A stretch of DNA of 64,000 nt from positions 28,671-92,670 of the forward strand of contig CALUJY010000001.1 in assembly GCA_944321085.1 (NCBI GenBank). Reading direction: 5' to 3'. The stretch comes from an uncultured Barnesiella sp. (lineage in GTDB: Bacteria; Bacteroidota; Bacteroidia; Bacteroidales; Barnesiellaceae_A). Under the pieces are notes generated by a model. That model was not told where the DNA came from. It did not search any database and saw only the letters and a list, made by a program, of their open reading frames with translations. The translations under genes and the position numbers were made by a program. Positions 43,694 to 52,265 of the stretch are shown here, one piece after another. How positions within the stretch are numbered: position 1 is the first letter of the stretch; every line of letters starts with the position of its first letter.

Positions 43694-45289
43694 CTATTTG
43701 AATGTGTCTGGCAGGTCGTTTTCGTACAACACCACATCGCCGGTACGGGCTATCTGTACCAATCGGGCTTGTGCCGTGGCGAAACTGTCGGCCAAGAAAA
43801 CAGCCTCATCTTTCATGCCTCCCGCTTGCAATCCTTCGAGAATAGCATCTCTGTTGTATGTGCCTACGACCATTACATAGTCGGCAACGGCAGCCATTTG
43901 CTCGCCGAAACGGCGGTTATATGCAGCTTGTTTGTCGCCCAGCTCTATCATACCCGGGGTAATGACAATGCGGCGAGTTGCCCGCACGCGGTGCAATACG
44001 TCGAGAGCTATGCGTGCGCCGTCGGGATTGGAGTTGAAGGCATCGTCGATGATGGAGAGCCCTCCGGGGGCACGCTTGATGTTGAGACGGTGTTCTACCT
44101 GCTCTATGCGGCTCACAGCGTAGCGTATGGCATCTTCGGGCACGTTCAGGTGCAGGGCTACGATGACGGCCGCCATGAGGTTCGAGAGGTTGCAATCGCC
44201 TACCAACTGGGTAGATAATGACAACTTGTGTCCGCCGCCCACGATGGTAAAACGGGTCTCTATATCGTCATAAACAATATCTTCGACATGGTAGTCGGCC
44301 TTCTTGTCTTGGAGTGCATAACGCAATACAGGCACGTTGTCGACAGGTCGCGAGGCGACAAAGGGGAAATCGTTATTGAGTACGCCCAGTCCGTCGGAGG
44401 GAAGGGCGTCGATGAGCTCGAACTTGGTGCGTTGTACGTTTTCTATCGTCTTGAACGACTCTAAATGTTGCTCTCCTACGGCTGTGATTATGCCTATCGA
44501 CGGAGCTACGAGGTCGCATATCTCTTTGATGTCGCCTATTTGTTTGGCGCCCATCTCTACGATGAAAACATCGTAGTAGGGTTTCATCATTTCGCGTACG
44601 GTACGTATCACTCCCATAGGGGTGTTGTAGCTGCCCGGTGTCATGATGACGTTGTATTTTTCGCTGAGAATACGGTACAGATAGTGCTTGGTGCTGGTCT
44701 TGCCATAGCTGCCGGTAATGCCTATGATGGTGAGACGCGGCATGTCGGCGAGTATTTTTTTCGCTTCATTATAGAAGCCGCGGTTTATCAGTTTTTCGAT
44801 AGGCATCATGAGCGTATTGGCGCACAGCATGATTATCCACGGGAAAGCGATGATGGCTATCAGTGCAAGGGCAGTCGTATATTGCTGTGCGGCGGTTGTA
44901 CAGAGCGCGGCTATTGCGAGGGCTATTATCGTCGCTACTACCCATGCTGCCGTATAGAGCCTTATAGCCCGGTGCGTGAATACTACGGGCTTTTTATAGC
45001 GTGTGCGTAATTCTCTGACGGCAAAGATAAAGAGCGTTACGGCTATAATGGCTTCGATAATCGTCGTGACAAAAGGTGCGAAGCTCGAACAGTAAAGCAG
45101 TAGTAGAAAATAGAGCGTGAGGCTTCGCGGCGACGAGAGGATGCCGCTGCTGCGCACCCATCGAAAGTATCGGTTGTTGCGATAAGAGTTCTGTTGCAAC
45201 ATTTGTAACTCGTAGCGCAATGCCACAAAAAGGTAGAACAGAAGTGCAATAGTGAATATTACATGTACAATGTTGTGAATCAATAGCAT
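43694..45289 (-). CDS. MurF-like Mur ligase whose usual N-terminal domain is replaced by ~165 aa of predicted transmembrane helices
   Basis: aa 1-165 are hydrophobic stretches (IVHVIFTIALLFYLFVAL, LTLYFLLLLYCSSFAPFVTTIIEAIIAVTLFIFAV, AAWVVATIIALAIAAL, ALALIAIIAFPWIIMLC). These are followed by the P-loop GITGSYGKTSTK, the central domain and a MurF-type C-domain, DDAFNSNPDGA...ITPGMIELGD. Confidence 0.7.
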   Translation of the reverse strand: MLLIHNIVHVIFTIALLFYLFVALRYELQMLQQNSYRNNRYFRWVRSSGILSSPRSLTLYFLLLLYCSSFAPFVTTIIEAIIAVTLFIFAVRELRTRYKKPVVFTHRAIRLYTAAWVVATIIALAIAALCTTAAQQYTTALALIAIIAFPWIIMLCANTLMMPIEKLINRGFYNEAKKILADMPRLTIIGITGSYGKTSTKHYLYRILSEKYNVIMTPGSYNTPMGVIRTVREMMKPYYDVFIVEMGAKQIGDIKEICDLVAPSIGIITAVGEQHLESFKTIENVQRTKFELIDALPSDGLGVLNNDFPFVASRPVDNVPVLRYALQDKKADYHVEDIVYDDIETRFTIVGGGHKLSLSTQLVGDCNLSNLMAAVIVALHLNVPEDAIRYAVSRIEQVEHRLNIKRAPGGLSIIDDAFNSNPDGARIALDVLHRVRATRRIVITPGMIELGDKQAAYNRRFGEQMAAVADYVMVVGTYNRDAILEGLQAGGMKDEAVFLADSFATAQARLVQIARTGDVVLYENDLPDTFK

Positions 45290-45295
45290 GATGAT

Positions 45296-46084
45296 TTACT
45301 TATTATATATGTCGTCTTTGAGAAATGCCATGACTATGGCTCTGAAACGGAATGGGTTGTCGAGAAACGAATAGTGCCCGGCATCGTCGATGACGGCCAA
45401 GTCGGCATGAGGAATGAGCCGCAACATTACATGCGCTTCGCGCAGTGGTGTGGCGGTATCTTTGGCACCCCATATCAGTTGCACGGGGCATTCGATAAGG
45501 GGCATTACTGCTTCGAGGTACTCGTTGACTACTTTTACGAAGATGCGGCGCATCATGCCGTCGACGGCATTGTAGTCGGCCGAGCCTGCCGAGCGGCGCA
45601 TTTTTTCCAAACGTTGTTCGGCTTTCTCTTTCCCTAAGGCAAGGCGGAGCAGCTGTTTGCCGAGTTTGTATGTATAGACTTTGTAATAATACTTCAACGA
45701 CCGGCGGGGTTTGGCTCCTGCGGCATCGACCAATATCACTTTGTGGGTGTGGTTACGCGATGCGTAGAGGATAGATACCCGTCCGCCGAAAGAGTGCCCT
45801 ATCAGGATGGGCGAGTCTATGCCGAGTGCCGCAACGAAGGCTTCGAGCATGCGGGTGTACTCTTCCACGCCCCACACTGCGGAGGGCGTTTCGCTTCCGC
45901 CAAAACCGGGAAAATCGAGGGTATATACCGTGAAATGCGGCGATAGCATGGTCTCTATCGAAGCCACGGTCGTCATGTTGCACCCCCATCCGTGCAGCAG
46001 TATCACTGCACGTCCCGAGCCGCACACCTTATATTGTACATCCGTGTCGCAGAGTTTTATCCGGGTTATCTTTACGCCTTGCAT
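45296..46084 (-). CDS. alpha/beta-fold hydrolase
   Basis: VILLHGWGCN (oxyanion region), nucleophile elbow LIGHSFGG, and C-terminal ...DDAGHYSF (catalytic His). Confidence 0.8.
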   Translation of the reverse strand: MQGVKITRIKLCDTDVQYKVCGSGRAVILLHGWGCNMTTVASIETMLSPHFTVYTLDFPGFGGSETPSAVWGVEEYTRMLEAFVAALGIDSPILIGHSFGGRVSILYASRNHTHKVILVDAAGAKPRRSLKYYYKVYTYKLGKQLLRLALGKEKAEQRLEKMRRSAGSADYNAVDGMMRRIFVKVVNEYLEAVMPLIECPVQLIWGAKDTATPLREAHVMLRLIPHADLAVIDDAGHYSFLDNPFRFRAIVMAFLKDDIYNK

Positions 46085-46104
46085 TCTTTTGCGTTTTGGA
46101 GCTA

Positions 46105-46112
46105 CAAAAGTA
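46105..46112 (-). promoter_or_regulatory. -7 box TACTTTTG upstream of the alpha/beta hydrolase-MurF-like-ddl genes
   Basis: CAAAAGTA on the plus strand, ~20 nt upstream of the ATG at 46084, in the 82-nt gap after the GT9 gene. Confidence 0.35.
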
Positions 46113-46166
46113 CATTATTCTACCGATAAATGGCGCACCCGCGCGCGAGTTTTTCCATGATGCGGT

Positions 46167-47222
46167 CTATTCGCCTGTATCCTCGGCAACATCCAGCACC
46201 TTTTGAGCTATGCTTTCGGGCTCGATTTGTCGCAGGCAGGCATAGTCGCCTCTGTAACAAGGCTTGTCGCCGAAGACCGAGCAGGGACGACATGCCAAGT
46301 CGGCCTGCACGATATGAGCGGGCGAAGCGGTGTATCCCAAGAATCCGGCATAGGGGTGGGTAGCGCCCCATACCGATACGACCGGTACGCCGGCAAGTGC
46401 TGCAAGGTGCATATTGGCAGAGTCCATCGACAGCATTACATCGAGGTAGCTCATCAGCGATAGTTCCACTTTGAAACCGTGGCGTTGCGAAGCCAATGAA
46501 ATGACGCGGGGATAACGTTCCTGCCATTTCGCGAGAAGTGCAGCCTCGCTACCTGCTCCGAAAAGGAAGATGTGCAGTCGTTCGTGTCGGCTCAACAGTT
46601 CTACGACGCGTTCCATCTCTTCGGCAGGGTATATTTTCCCTTCGTGTTTGGCAAAGGGTGCGATTCCTATCCACAATTTCCCCGACTCCTTCGGCGGCGT
46701 AATGTGGGAGAAGAGCCCGGCATCGCCTTTCCCATCGGGGTAGAGAGTGGTAAACCGGGGGGTATAGGGCATCGACAGGGCTGCGAATACGTCGGCATAA
46801 CGTTCGGCCATAGGTTTTAAGGGATGTAACTTTTTGTGGTGGCGGTGGGTAAGCCGTTTTTTTGCTGCACGTCCTTTGTCGATGACGCACACCGGTTTCC
46901 CGGCAAGGCGGAAAAGGTGTCGGAGCGCTTTGGTGCGCAAAACGTCATGCAGGTCGGCGACAGCCTCTATGCCTAATGCCGACAGTTCTTTGTATAACAG
47001 CCATAGCCCTGTCAACCCTTTGTGGCGGGCTTTGACGTCGGCAATATAGATTTGCAAGTTGGTGGGTGCATACATAAACAGTGACGATGCTACCCGTTGC
47101 GTCAGCATCACAAATGTGGTCTCGGGATAGGCTCGACATACCGAGTATATTTGCGGTATGGTCATGGCCACGTCGCCTAATGCCGAGAGGCGCATGACAA
47201 GCACTTTTTTATATGTTGTCAC
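46167..47222 (-). CDS. glycosyltransferase family 9 (LPS heptosyltransferase-like)
   Basis: KVLVMRLSALGDVAMTIP N-terminus and ...SMDSANMHLAALAGVPVVSVWG C-terminal motif typical of GT9. Confidence 0.8.
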   Translation of the reverse strand: MTTYKKVLVMRLSALGDVAMTIPQIYSVCRAYPETTFVMLTQRVASSLFMYAPTNLQIYIADVKARHKGLTGLWLLYKELSALGIEAVADLHDVLRTKALRHLFRLAGKPVCVIDKGRAAKKRLTHRHHKKLHPLKPMAERYADVFAALSMPYTPRFTTLYPDGKGDAGLFSHITPPKESGKLWIGIAPFAKHEGKIYPAEEMERVVELLSRHERLHIFLFGAGSEAALLAKWQERYPRVISLASQRHGFKVELSLMSYLDVMLSMDSANMHLAALAGVPVVSVWGATHPYAGFLGYTASPAHIVQADLACRPCSVFGDKPCYRGDYACLRQIEPESIAQKVLDVAEDTGE

Positions 47223-47255
47223 AAGACTGCTATTTATCGCTTATACCCCTGTCGG

Positions 47256-47861
47256 TTACTTTTTCCCGTATAGTATGGGATTGAGTGCGGGGTCGTTATA
47301 CATTTTCATTTGCTTATATACCTTCATGTACTTGCGTCCGGCAGCAATATCGGCAATTAGTTGGTCTATTGCCGTTGACAGGTCTTCGCGTTGTTGCAGC
47401 AATACGGCAAGTTTGGCGCGGCATTTCTCTATGTGTTCTGCCGAGGCGTCGTTCCGTTCCACTTCTTGTTGCATGTGGTATATCTTCAATGCCAAGATAG
47501 ACAAGCGGTCTATTGCCCATGCCGGGCTTTCGGTATTGATGGTAGCGTTCGGCAGAGGGATAATCTCTTTGTATTGGTCTAAGAAGTAACTGTCTATCAG
47601 CTCTACGAGGTCGGTGCGGTCTTGGTTGGAGCGGTCGATACGCCGTTTTATAGCCAAAGCCTCTACCGGGTCGATTTCGGGATTGCGGATAATATCCTCT
47701 AAATGCCATTGTACGGCATCTATCCAGTTTTTGGTAAATAGCAGGTTTTTTATCGTGCGCTCGGGGTAGGGATTTTCTACTCGGGCATCTACGTCGTCGT
47801 GCTTGTGATATAACAGTGTCGTAGCTTCGAATATGCGGTTACATGTTTCGCTGATGCTCAT
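47256..47861 (-). CDS. DUF4254 domain protein
   Basis: ~200 aa, with the conserved ...IDRLSILALKIYH 'LSI' motif. Immediately upstream of a GT9 gene, its usual partner in Bacteroidota. Confidence 0.55.
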   Translation of the reverse strand: MSISETCNRIFEATTLLYHKHDDVDARVENPYPERTIKNLLFTKNWIDAVQWHLEDIIRNPEIDPVEALAIKRRIDRSNQDRTDLVELIDSYFLDQYKEIIPLPNATINTESPAWAIDRLSILALKIYHMQQEVERNDASAEHIEKCRAKLAVLLQQREDLSTAIDQLIADIAAGRKYMKVYKQMKMYNDPALNPILYGKK

Positions 47862-47940
47862 AGCCTTATTTTTTAGTGATGATGTTTTTGTTTTTCATAG
47901 GAGGGCGAGGCAAGAGAGTCGCTGTTGCATCGCCGATAGG

Positions 47941-47972
47941 CAAATATAGTGTAAGCATTTGTATTTGCCAAA
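47941..47972 (-). promoter_or_regulatory. Bacteroidota-type promoter (-33 TTTG / -7 TATATTTG) for the DUF4254-GT9 transcription unit
   Basis: CAAATATA (47941-47948) and CAAA (47969-47972), 20 nt apart on the plus strand. Confidence 0.45.
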
Positions 47973-48218
47973 TATATTGCTGTTTTGTTGCGATGCTATT
48001 CTGCCATGAATTTTACGGGCAGAGTCAAACGTTTGATAATCGGATTTGTATGATAAATTTTTCGCTTCCGGTCAGGCAATGCCCGTGCGACTCCTTTTTG
48101 TCGTGGCTGTTTTGCCGTATATGCTCCGTCGAACTATAACTTATAAGTGATATAATGTATTGAAAATCAGATTGATAAAAATATTTGATAAGCCGATGGT
48201 ATTTTTCCGGCGATAAAT

Positions 48219-48248
48219 TTTGACAATCACAGAAAATAGGTAACTTTG
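48219..48248 (+). promoter_or_regulatory. Bacteroidota-type promoter (-33 TTTG / -7 TAACTTTG) for pflB
   Basis: TTTG (48219-48222) and TAACTTTG (48241-48248), 18 nt apart. This implies a ~135-nt leader. Confidence 0.5.
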
Positions 48249-48389
48249 TAGCAGCAGGAATGTGTTACGACACAACGGTTCTTCAAGATGCCGGAAGCCT
48301 CTGCAAGCACTTCCGCGCGTTAACCTTTACGATTCTGTAAAACGTTACAGAGTAGGATAAGCTAAATGAGTAAAAAAAGATTTTTTTGA

Positions 48390-50624
48390 ATGACTATGGA
48401 AAAAACAATGCAATTTAAGCCGGGTTTGTGGGAAAGCGAAATCAATGTAGGCGACTTCGTGCGTAAAAATATCACTCCGTACGAAGGCGATGCGTCTTTT
48501 CTTTCCGGTCCTACCGAACGCACACTCAAAGTATGGGAGAAATGCAAAGAAGCTCTTGCGGAGGAGCGTGAAAATGGCGGCGTACGAGCCATTGACAATC
48601 ATACCATATCGACCATTACGTCGCATAAAGCCGGATATATCGACCGCGAAAATGAGCTGATTGTAGGATTACAGACCGATATGTTGCTCAAACGCGCCAT
48701 CAAGCCCTTTGGCGGTATCAAAGTGGTGGAGAAAGCATGTCATGAGCATGGTTTGGAGCTGGATGAGCATGTCAAAGAGATATTTACACACTATCGTAAG
48801 ACGCACAACGACGGCGTTTTCGATGCATATACCGAGGAGATACGTACATACCGTTCTTTGGGCTTCCTCACAGGTCTGCCCGACAACTATGCTCGTGGCC
48901 GCATCATCGGCGACTACCGTCGTTTGGCTCTGTATGGCATAGACCGTCTTATAGAGGTGAAGCGTGCCGATTTGCGCGGACTTACAGGTCCCATGACCGA
49001 GGCTCGCGTACGTTTGCGCGAGGAGGTGGCCGAGCAAATACATGCTCTCGAAGCGATGAAAGTAATGGGCAGCTACTATGGTTTAGACCTCGGGCGTCCC
49101 GCTGCAACGGCACAAGAGGCCGTGCAATGGGTGTATATGGCATACTTGGCCGCTGTCAAGGAGCAAGACGGAGCTGCCATGTCGTTGGGTAACGTATCGT
49201 CGTTCCTTGATATTTACATAGAGTATGACCTCGCTCATGGCAATATAGATGAGTGTTTTGCCCAAGAACTTATAGACCAATTCGTTATCAAGTTGCGCAT
49301 GGTACGTCACCTGCGTATGGATAGCTATAACGAGATTTTCGCTGGCGATGCTACATGGGTTACCGAGTCGATAGGCGGCCGCCTCAATGATGGCCGCACG
49401 AAGGTTACCAAAACTTCGTTCCGTTTCTTGCAGACACTCTATAACTTAGGCCCTGCACCCGAGCCCAATATGACCATTTTGTGGAGTCTCGAGCTGCCCG
49501 AAGGTTTCAAACGTTTCTGCACACAAGTATCTATCGATACGTCGGCCATACAGTACGAAAACGACGACCTTATGCGTGAGGTGCGCAAGACCGACGACTA
49601 CGGTATTGCCTGCTGTGTGTCGTTCCAAGAGATAGGACGCAGCATACAGTTCTTCGGCGCACGAGCCAATCTTGCCAAGGCGTTGTTGCTGGCTATCAAC
49701 GGCGGCCGTTGCGAGAATACGGGCACGGTGATGGTGAAAGATATACCGGTACTCAAAAGCGACGAGCTCGACTTTGACGAGGTAATGGAAAACTATAAGA
49801 AAGTACTTGCTCAGATTGCCCGCGTATATAACGAGGCAATGAATATCATACACTACATGCACGACAAGTACTACTACGAGAAGGCTCAGATGGCGTTGAT
49901 AGATACCGACCCGCATATAAACCTCGCTTATGGTGTGGCAGGTCTCTCTATTGCCGCCGATTCGCTCTCGGCTATCAAGTATGCTCACGTAAAAGCACGC
50001 CGCAACGAGATAGGGCTTACCGAAGGTTTCGATATAGAGGGCGAATTCCCCTGCTATGGTAACGATGACGACCGTGCCGACAGCATAGCCGTATGGTTGA
50101 CCCACTATTTCAGCAACGAGTTGAAGAAATATCCCGTATATCGCAATGCCGTGCCCACGATGTCGATACTTACTATTACGTCGAATGTCATGTACGGCAA
50201 GAAGACCGGCGCTACTCCCGACGGACGCGAACGTGGCGTAGCCTTCGCCCCCGGAGCCAATCCCATGCACGGACGCGATAACCACGGAGCCATTGCATCT
50301 TTGTCGTCTGTTGCCAAACTCAACTATGAGGATGCGCTCGATGGCATAAGCAATACGTTCTCTATCATACCCAAGTCGTTGGGTGCTACGCGTGAAGACC
50401 GCGTCGATAATCTTATTACGCTCATCGATGGTTACTTCAAGAAAAAAGCGCATCACCTCAACGTCAATGTACTCAATCGCGAGATGCTCGAAGATGCTAT
50501 GGAGCACCCCGAAAATTATCCTCAGCTTACTATCCGCGTGTCGGGTTATGCCGTTAATTTCGTACGGCTGAGTCGGGCACACCAGTTAGAGGTTATCTCG
50601 CGTAGTTTCCATGACCATTTCTGA
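48390..50624 (+). CDS. pflB: formate C-acetyltransferase (pyruvate formate-lyase)
   Basis: [25 protein letters not shown], active-site GIACCVSF and glycine-radical motif [11 protein letters not shown]. Start ambiguous among ATGs at 48390, 48396 and 48408. Confidence 0.92.
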   Translation: MTMEKTMQFKPGLWESEINVGDFVRKNITPYEGDASFLSGPTERTLKVWEKCKEALAEERENGGVRAIDNHTISTITSHKAGYIDRENELIVGLQTDMLLKRAIKPFGGIKVVEKACHEHGLELDEHVKEIFTHYRKTHNDGVFDAYTEEIRTYRSLGFLTGLPDNYARGRIIGDYRRLALYGIDRLIEVKRADLRGLTGPMTEARVRLREEVAEQIHALEAMKVMGSYYGLDLGRPAATAQEAVQWVYMAYLAAVKEQDGAAMSLGNVSSFLDIYIEYDLAHGNIDECFAQELIDQFVIKLRMVRHLRMDSYNEIFAGDATWVTESIGGRLNDGRTKVTKTSFRFLQTLYNLGPAPEPNMTILWSLELPEGFKRFCTQVSIDTSAIQYENDDLMREVRKTDDYGIACCVSFQEIGRSIQFFGARANLAKALLLAINGGRCENTGTVMVKDIPVLKSDELDFDEVMENYKKVLAQIARVYNEAMNIIHYMHDKYYYEKAQMALIDTDPHINLAYGVAGLSIAADSLSAIKYAHVKARRNEIGLTEGFDIEGEFPCYGNDDDRADSIAVWLTHYFSNELKKYPVYRNAVPTMSILTITSNVMYGKKTGATPDGRERGVAFAPGANPMHGRDNHGAIASLSSVAKLNYEDALDGISNTFSIIPKSLGATREDRVDNLITLIDGYFKKKAHHLNVNVLNREMLEDAMEHPENYPQLTIRVSGYAVNFVRLSRAHQLEVISRSFHDHF

Positions 50625-50655
50625 TGTCGCAGAAATACATCGGATTTTATATAAC

Positions 50656-50686
50656 TTTGCCGGAGAGATTTTTCCTCTCCGGCAAA
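50656..50686 (+). terminator. perfect 12-bp hairpin between pflB and pflA (terminator/attenuator or processing site)
   Basis: TTTGCCGGAGAG-ATTTTTC-CTCTCCGGCAAA, followed by GTTTGCCTTTT. Confidence 0.4.
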
Positions 50687-50745
50687 GTTTGCCTTTTAGA
50701 AGGGGCATAAATGCACTCTGCTGTCTCCTATAATGTATTACCGTT

Positions 50746-51516
50746 ATGACCGAAACTACCGCCATACCCACCGTATCAGCCAACGTACCATTGTTGCGTG
50801 TGCATTCCTATGAATCGTTAGGTACATACGACGGGCCGGGTATCCGTCTTGTCGTTTTCTTGCAGGGATGCAATTTCCGTTGTCTCTATTGTGCCAACCC
50901 CGATACCATAACATTGCAAGGCGGAACGCTTACACCCATAGACGAAATTGTGCAAAAGGCTCTCAACGAGCAACCTTTCTTCGGGCGCAAAGGCGGGGTG
51001 ACTTTTAGCGGTGGCGAACCTACGTTGCAGGCCGAAGCGCTTATCCCGCTCGTCGATGCGTTGCACAAGCGCGGGATAAATGTTTGCATCGATACCAACG
51101 GTAGCATTATCACCGATGCCGCCCGCGAGCTGTATCGCCGTACCGACCTTGTGTTGCTCGATGTGAAGCAATTCAATCCCCTTCGTCATCGCACCCTTAC
51201 CGAACGCGACAATACGAATACCCTTGCCACAGCTGCTTTTTTGGCCGAGGTAGGTACGCCATTTTGGTTGCGTTACGTTTTGGTGCCCGGTTATAGTGAC
51301 GACGTAGCCGATATAGAAGCCCTTTGCCGTCACCTGCAAGGCAATACGGCTCTGCAACGGGTGGAGATTCTCCCTTATCACACTCTCGGGATGCACAAAT
51401 ACGAGCCTCTCGGCATGGAGTATAAGCTCAAAGATGTGCCATATAATACCCCGCAGCAGTTAGATGCTGCTCGCGAGCTTTTTGCCCGATACTTTGCCGA
51501 TGTGCGGGTCAATTAG
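50746..51516 (+). CDS. pflA: pyruvate formate-lyase activating enzyme (radical SAM)
   Basis: GPGIRLVVFLQGCNFRCLYCANPDT (CxxxCxxC) and GGVTFSGGEP. Confidence 0.9.
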   Translation: MTETTAIPTVSANVPLLRVHSYESLGTYDGPGIRLVVFLQGCNFRCLYCANPDTITLQGGTLTPIDEIVQKALNEQPFFGRKGGVTFSGGEPTLQAEALIPLVDALHKRGINVCIDTNGSIITDAARELYRRTDLVLLDVKQFNPLRHRTLTERDNTNTLATAAFLAEVGTPFWLRYVLVPGYSDDVADIEALCRHLQGNTALQRVEILPYHTLGMHKYEPLGMEYKLKDVPYNTPQQLDAARELFARYFADVRVN

Positions 51517-51542
51517 CATTCTCCTCTTTGGCTCAATAGTAT

Positions 51543-51584
51543 AAAAACGGTGTGCATCGAATTATGACATGCACACCGTTTTTT
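51543..51584. terminator. bidirectional intrinsic terminator between convergent pflA and the gamma-CA gene
   Basis: AAAAACGGTGTGCAT...ATGCACACCGTTTTTT: an 11-bp stem flanked by an A-run and a T-run. Confidence 0.65.
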
Positions 51585-51697
51585 AGTGAAAAATAGGGGT
51601 TGTGGTTTCCCTGCTGCCGACTCTTTCGAGGGTAGGAGGGTTTGCCGACGCCACATTCCGACAATGTGTGTCCGACGTCGGGCAAAGGAAAGCCGGT

Positions 51698-52219
51698 CTA
51701 ATCCTCCTCGCTATACCAGCGAGAATACATCAAATAGTTGTGGGCTATTTTTTGGTTTATCTCTTTCGATTGTTGCGGGTCGACCATCTTGATAAACTTG
51801 GCGGGAGCGCCGCCCCAAAGCTCGCCCGGCTTGATGACTGTTTTGCTCAGTACCACTGCGCCGGCAGCCACTATTGCCCCTTCGCCTACTACGGCATGGT
51901 CGAGTATAACCGACCCCATGCCTACGAGTGCGCCGTCTTTGATGGTAGCACCATGTATCGTGACGTTGTGTCCTATCGAAACATCGTCGCCTATCTCTAT
52001 TGTCGACTTTTCGTAGAGCGTATGCAGCACGCTGCCGTCTTGTATGTTGACGCGGTTGCCTATGCGTATGGAGTTGACGTCGCCGCGCAATACCGTGCCG
52101 AACCAAATGCTGCATTCGTCGCCCATTATCACATCGCCTATGACAACGGCGTTGTCGGCGAGGAAGCAATCCTTGCCGATTTGCGGAGTAAAGCCGCGTA
52201 CTTTTTTGATAAGTGCCAT
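51698..52219 (-). CDS. gamma-class carbonic anhydrase family (left-handed beta-helix) protein
   Basis: Hexapeptide repeats with VIGDVIMGDECSIWFGTVLRGDVNSIRIGNRVNIQDGSVLH. Confidence 0.85.
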   Translation of the reverse strand: MALIKKVRGFTPQIGKDCFLADNAVVIGDVIMGDECSIWFGTVLRGDVNSIRIGNRVNIQDGSVLHTLYEKSTIEIGDDVSIGHNVTIHGATIKDGALVGMGSVILDHAVVGEGAIVAAGAVVLSKTVIKPGELWGGAPAKFIKMVDPQQSKEINQKIAHNYLMYSRWYSEED

Positions 52220-52265
52220 ATATTTATAAGGTTTAGATTGTGTCTGTATTCTTTTTGCGGTTTTC

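Noticed and set aside
47876-48139. 87-aa Cys-rich ORF (…ICICQIYCCFVAMLFCHEF…CPCDSF…CRICS) in the pflB/DUF4254 divergent spacer. It could be a small Cys-rich peptide.
   Set aside because: It lies in AT-rich regulatory DNA and overlaps the predicted DUF4254 promoter and the palindromes. It has no promoter box of its own, and its composition is typical of translated AT-rich non-coding sequence. It would need ribosome profiling to revive.
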